A stretch of 24,000 nucleotides of DNA. Origin: Candidatus Azosocius agrarius (GTDB lineage Bacteria > Pseudomonadota > Gammaproteobacteria > UBA6186 > Azoamicaceae). The stretch is from NCBI GenBank assembly GCA_016432505.1, contig CP066692.1:308632-332631 (forward strand), in the 5' to 3' direction. The position numbers and the translations under genes are program-made. The notes under the pieces are model-generated. The model was not told the origin of the DNA. It made no database searches and saw only the letters and a program-made list of their open reading frames with translations. Shown in pieces: positions 21,756 through 24,000 of this stretch; the first letter of the stretch is position 1, and each line of letters starts with the position of its first letter.

Positions 21756-22817
21756 TTATATTTTTTTTTCACAAAATATCATTTTAAAAACTTCACCCAT
21801 TTCTAATGGTGATATTAATTTATTTATTTCTTTATATATTTTTTTAGTATTTTTATTATTAATCTTAATTATTTTTTTTAGATTAAATTTTAATAAAAAT
21901 TTGGATAAATTTGTAAAATTTATATAATTCATATTATTTATTTTTATTGCTTCATATATTGATGTAAAATCTACGTGAGTTGTTATATCTTGAAATCCTT
22001 GATTTAAAAATATATTTTTTGTTGCGTAATGCTTGTAATGGCATATTATCATTCCTTGATGTCTTAAATTATTATAATATTCTTTTCTTATATATCCATA
22101 ATCAAAAAAAAATATATAACCTTTATTTAATATTGATGATATATTTTTAATCCATGGATATAATAATAAATTTATTTCAGATTCATATTTATTTGATTTT
22201 AAATTTATATATTTTATATATTTTGTTAAAGTATTACTAGCTATTATATTTGACCATTGTAATTTATTGAATAGATTTAATGTTATTATTTTTTCTGACA
22301 ATTTATTATTGTTTATTTTAAAAGCATAATTTGGCAATGCATCCAAAACCTCATTACAAATTATTACTCCTTTTAAATTTGTGTATTTTTTTAATGTATT
22401 TATCCATTTTACTTTATATTGAATAAATTTTTTTTTTAAAAAATTTTTTTGAATAATTTTTAATTTTTTACTTATTTCTATAATTTTATATCCCTGACAC
22501 GGAGTGTTTAATGTTGTAAATTGTGATAATATTTTATATGCTAAAGTTCCTGTTCCAGCACCTATTTCTATTACATATCCTCCATTTAATTTTTTTAAAA
22601 TTTTATGTATTTCTATTGATAAACATGTTGAAAATAAAAAACCTATTTCTGGAGCAGTTATAAAATCTCCTTCTTTTCCAATATTTTTTATTGAATTATA
22701 ATAATATCCATATTTTTTATTATATAAACATATTTTCATATATGTGTAAAAATTTATATAATTTTTCATATAAATTATATTTTGAATTTGCTTATTTAAA
22801 TTTTTTTTTGTTTGCAA
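21756..22817 (-). CDS. SAM-dependent methyltransferase, MidA/NDUFAF7 (DUF185) family
   Basis: 353 aa; YMKICLYNKKYGYYYN...GDFITAPEIGFLFSTCLSIEI, GGYVIEIGAGTGTLAYKIL, VIICNEVLDALPNYAFK, MGEVFKMIF. Confidence 0.87.
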   Translation of the reverse strand: MQTKKNLNKQIQNIIYMKNYINFYTYMKICLYNKKYGYYYNSIKNIGKEGDFITAPEIGFLFSTCLSIEIHKILKKLNGGYVIEIGAGTGTLAYKILSQFTTLNTPCQGYKIIEISKKLKIIQKNFLKKKFIQYKVKWINTLKKYTNLKGVIICNEVLDALPNYAFKINNNKLSEKIITLNLFNKLQWSNIIASNTLTKYIKYINLKSNKYESEINLLLYPWIKNISSILNKGYIFFFDYGYIRKEYYNNLRHQGMIICHYKHYATKNIFLNQGFQDITTHVDFTSIYEAIKINNMNYINFTNLSKFLLKFNLKKIIKINNKNTKKIYKEINKLISPLEMGEVFKMIFCEKKI

Positions 22818-22840
22818 AATTATTTCCTAAATTATATTCA

Positions 22841-23839
22841 TTAAATTTTTAATTTTGTGTGTATATTAATATTATTTGTATTTTCTATTTTATTTCTTAT
22901 AAATTTTTGATATCCTACAAATGATATCATGCCTCCGTTGTCAGTACATAAATTTTTTTTTGGAAAAAAAATTTTAACTTTATTATTTTTTATTAATTTA
23001 ATAAATTTTATTTTTAATTTTTTATTTATACTTACGCCTCCAGCTATAGATAATGTATTAATTTTAGTAAATTCTATTGCGTTGAAGCATTTTATTAACA
23101 ATGTATCTATTATTGTTTCTTGTAATGAATATGCTATATTTTCTACGTTATTTTTTGTTAATTGTGTTTTATTTATTATATTTTTAATGTATGTTTTTAA
23201 TCCACTGAAACTAAAATTTAAATTTTTAATTTTTATTAATGGTTTTGGAAATTGATAATTATTATTAATATTTTTTTTTGCCAATTGTTCAATTTTTGCT
23301 CCTCCTGGATATTCTAATTTTAATAATTTTGCTATTTTATCTATAGTTTCTCCAACTGAATCATCTAAGGTTTCTCCTATTATATCATAAATTCCTATTT
23401 TTTTAACTTTTATTAGCATTGTATGTCCTCCAGATATAATTAATGATATAAATGGAAATGTAGGTTTTTTATTATTTATGAAAGATGAAAAAATGTGGCC
23501 TTCTATATGATTTATATTAATTGTTGGAATTTTTAATTTATAACCTAATGATTTTGCAAACGATGCCCCAATCATAAGGGCACCTGAAAGGCCTGGTCCA
23601 GAAGTATATGCTATAGCTTTTATTTCATATATTTTTATTGAATATAATTTTAATATTTTTAATAGCAATGGAATTAATTTTTGTATATGGTCACGTGATG
23701 AAAGTTCAGGAACGGGCCCTCCAAAATTTTTGTGAATAATTATTTGACTATATATTTCATTACAAATCAATAAATTTTTATTATCATATATTGCTATACC
23801 TGTTTCATCACAAGATGTTTCTATTCCTAATATTTTCAT
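22841..23839 (-). CDS. tsaD: tRNA N6-adenosine threonylcarbamoyltransferase
   Basis: 332 aa; MKILGIETSCDETGIAIYD, GGPVPELSSRDHIQ, ININHIEGHIFSSF, SLIISGGHTMLI, GETLDDSVGETIDKIAKLL, CTDNGGMI. Confidence 0.98.
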   Translation of the reverse strand: MKILGIETSCDETGIAIYDNKNLLICNEIYSQIIIHKNFGGPVPELSSRDHIQKLIPLLLKILKLYSIKIYEIKAIAYTSGPGLSGALMIGASFAKSLGYKLKIPTININHIEGHIFSSFINNKKPTFPFISLIISGGHTMLIKVKKIGIYDIIGETLDDSVGETIDKIAKLLKLEYPGGAKIEQLAKKNINNNYQFPKPLIKIKNLNFSFSGLKTYIKNIINKTQLTKNNVENIAYSLQETIIDTLLIKCFNAIEFTKINTLSIAGGVSINKKLKIKFIKLIKNNKVKIFFPKKNLCTDNGGMISFVGYQKFIRNKIENTNNINIHTKLKI

Positions 23840-23930
23840 AAATTATTTTTTATATTTTATAATGCTTGCATTATTATATTCTTATTATATTATAATATTT
23901 TACAAATTTATTATTTTAAGGTGATATAAT

Positions 23931-24000
23931 ATGACATATATTATTGTTAGAGATGGTGAACATTTAGATTCAGCAATAAGAAGATTAAAAAGATATGTTG
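23931..24000 (+). CDS. rpsU: 30S ribosomal protein S21, N-terminal fragment (runs off window end)
   Basis: ATG 23931 preceded by AAGGTGATATAAT; MTYIIVRDGEHLDSAIRRLKRYV matches the S21 N terminus; divergent from tsaD as in the common gammaproteobacterial arrangement. Confidence 0.9.
   Translation, partial: MTYIIVRDGEHLDSAIRRLKRYV

Noticed and set aside
22929-23255. 108-aa plus-strand ORF, with similar ones at 22504-22701, 19641-19859, 16383-16565 and (minus strand) 6297-6530
   Set aside because: All are antisense or mostly antisense to well-supported genes (tsaD, midA homologue, fmt, glyS, mnmE), as expected in AT-rich DNA with few stops in some frames.
23866-23896. Possible rpsU promoter TTGCAT...TATAAT in the tsaD/rpsU gap
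   Set aside because: Spacing is 19 bp and -10-like matches are ubiquitous in this AT-rich DNA; not strong enough to report as a feature.

Overview
This 24-kb window is a very AT-rich, densely coded chromosome segment from what looks like a highly reduced gammaproteobacterium-like endosymbiont. It carries the classical origin-proximal gene cluster. On the minus strand, leftward: gyrB (partial), dnaN and a highly derived dnaA. On the plus strand, in one continuous co-directional block: rpmH, a degenerate rnpA, yidD, yidC, mnmE, mnmG, atpI, atpB, atpE, atpF, atpH, atpA, atpG, atpD, atpC. The rest is glyS/glyQ (-), fmt (-), rsmD (+), cca (+), a MidA/NDUFAF7-family methyltransferase (-), tsaD (-) and the start of rpsU (+). 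I found no mobile element, CRISPR array, tRNA/rRNA gene or defence-like cassette. The most interesting observations are: (1) a DnaA that keeps Walker A/B but has lost the GRDHT DNA-binding signature, the box VII Arg and the sensor-II Arg; (2) paired inverted repeats without consensus DnaA boxes in the dnaA/rpmH divergent gap, a candidate origin; (3) a Phe-rich RnpA lacking the RNR motif; (4) a CCA-adding enzyme whose HD domain motif is erased; (5) an rpmH GC island; (6) fusion of the mnmEG and atp operons, consistent with loss of rsmG/parA/parB; (7) glyS stop codon placed in the loop of the atp operon terminator; (8) strong strand-dependent amino-acid composition. None of these is demonstrated to be a new system. 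They are mainly genome-reduction phenotypes, and the DnaA/origin combination deserves the closest look.
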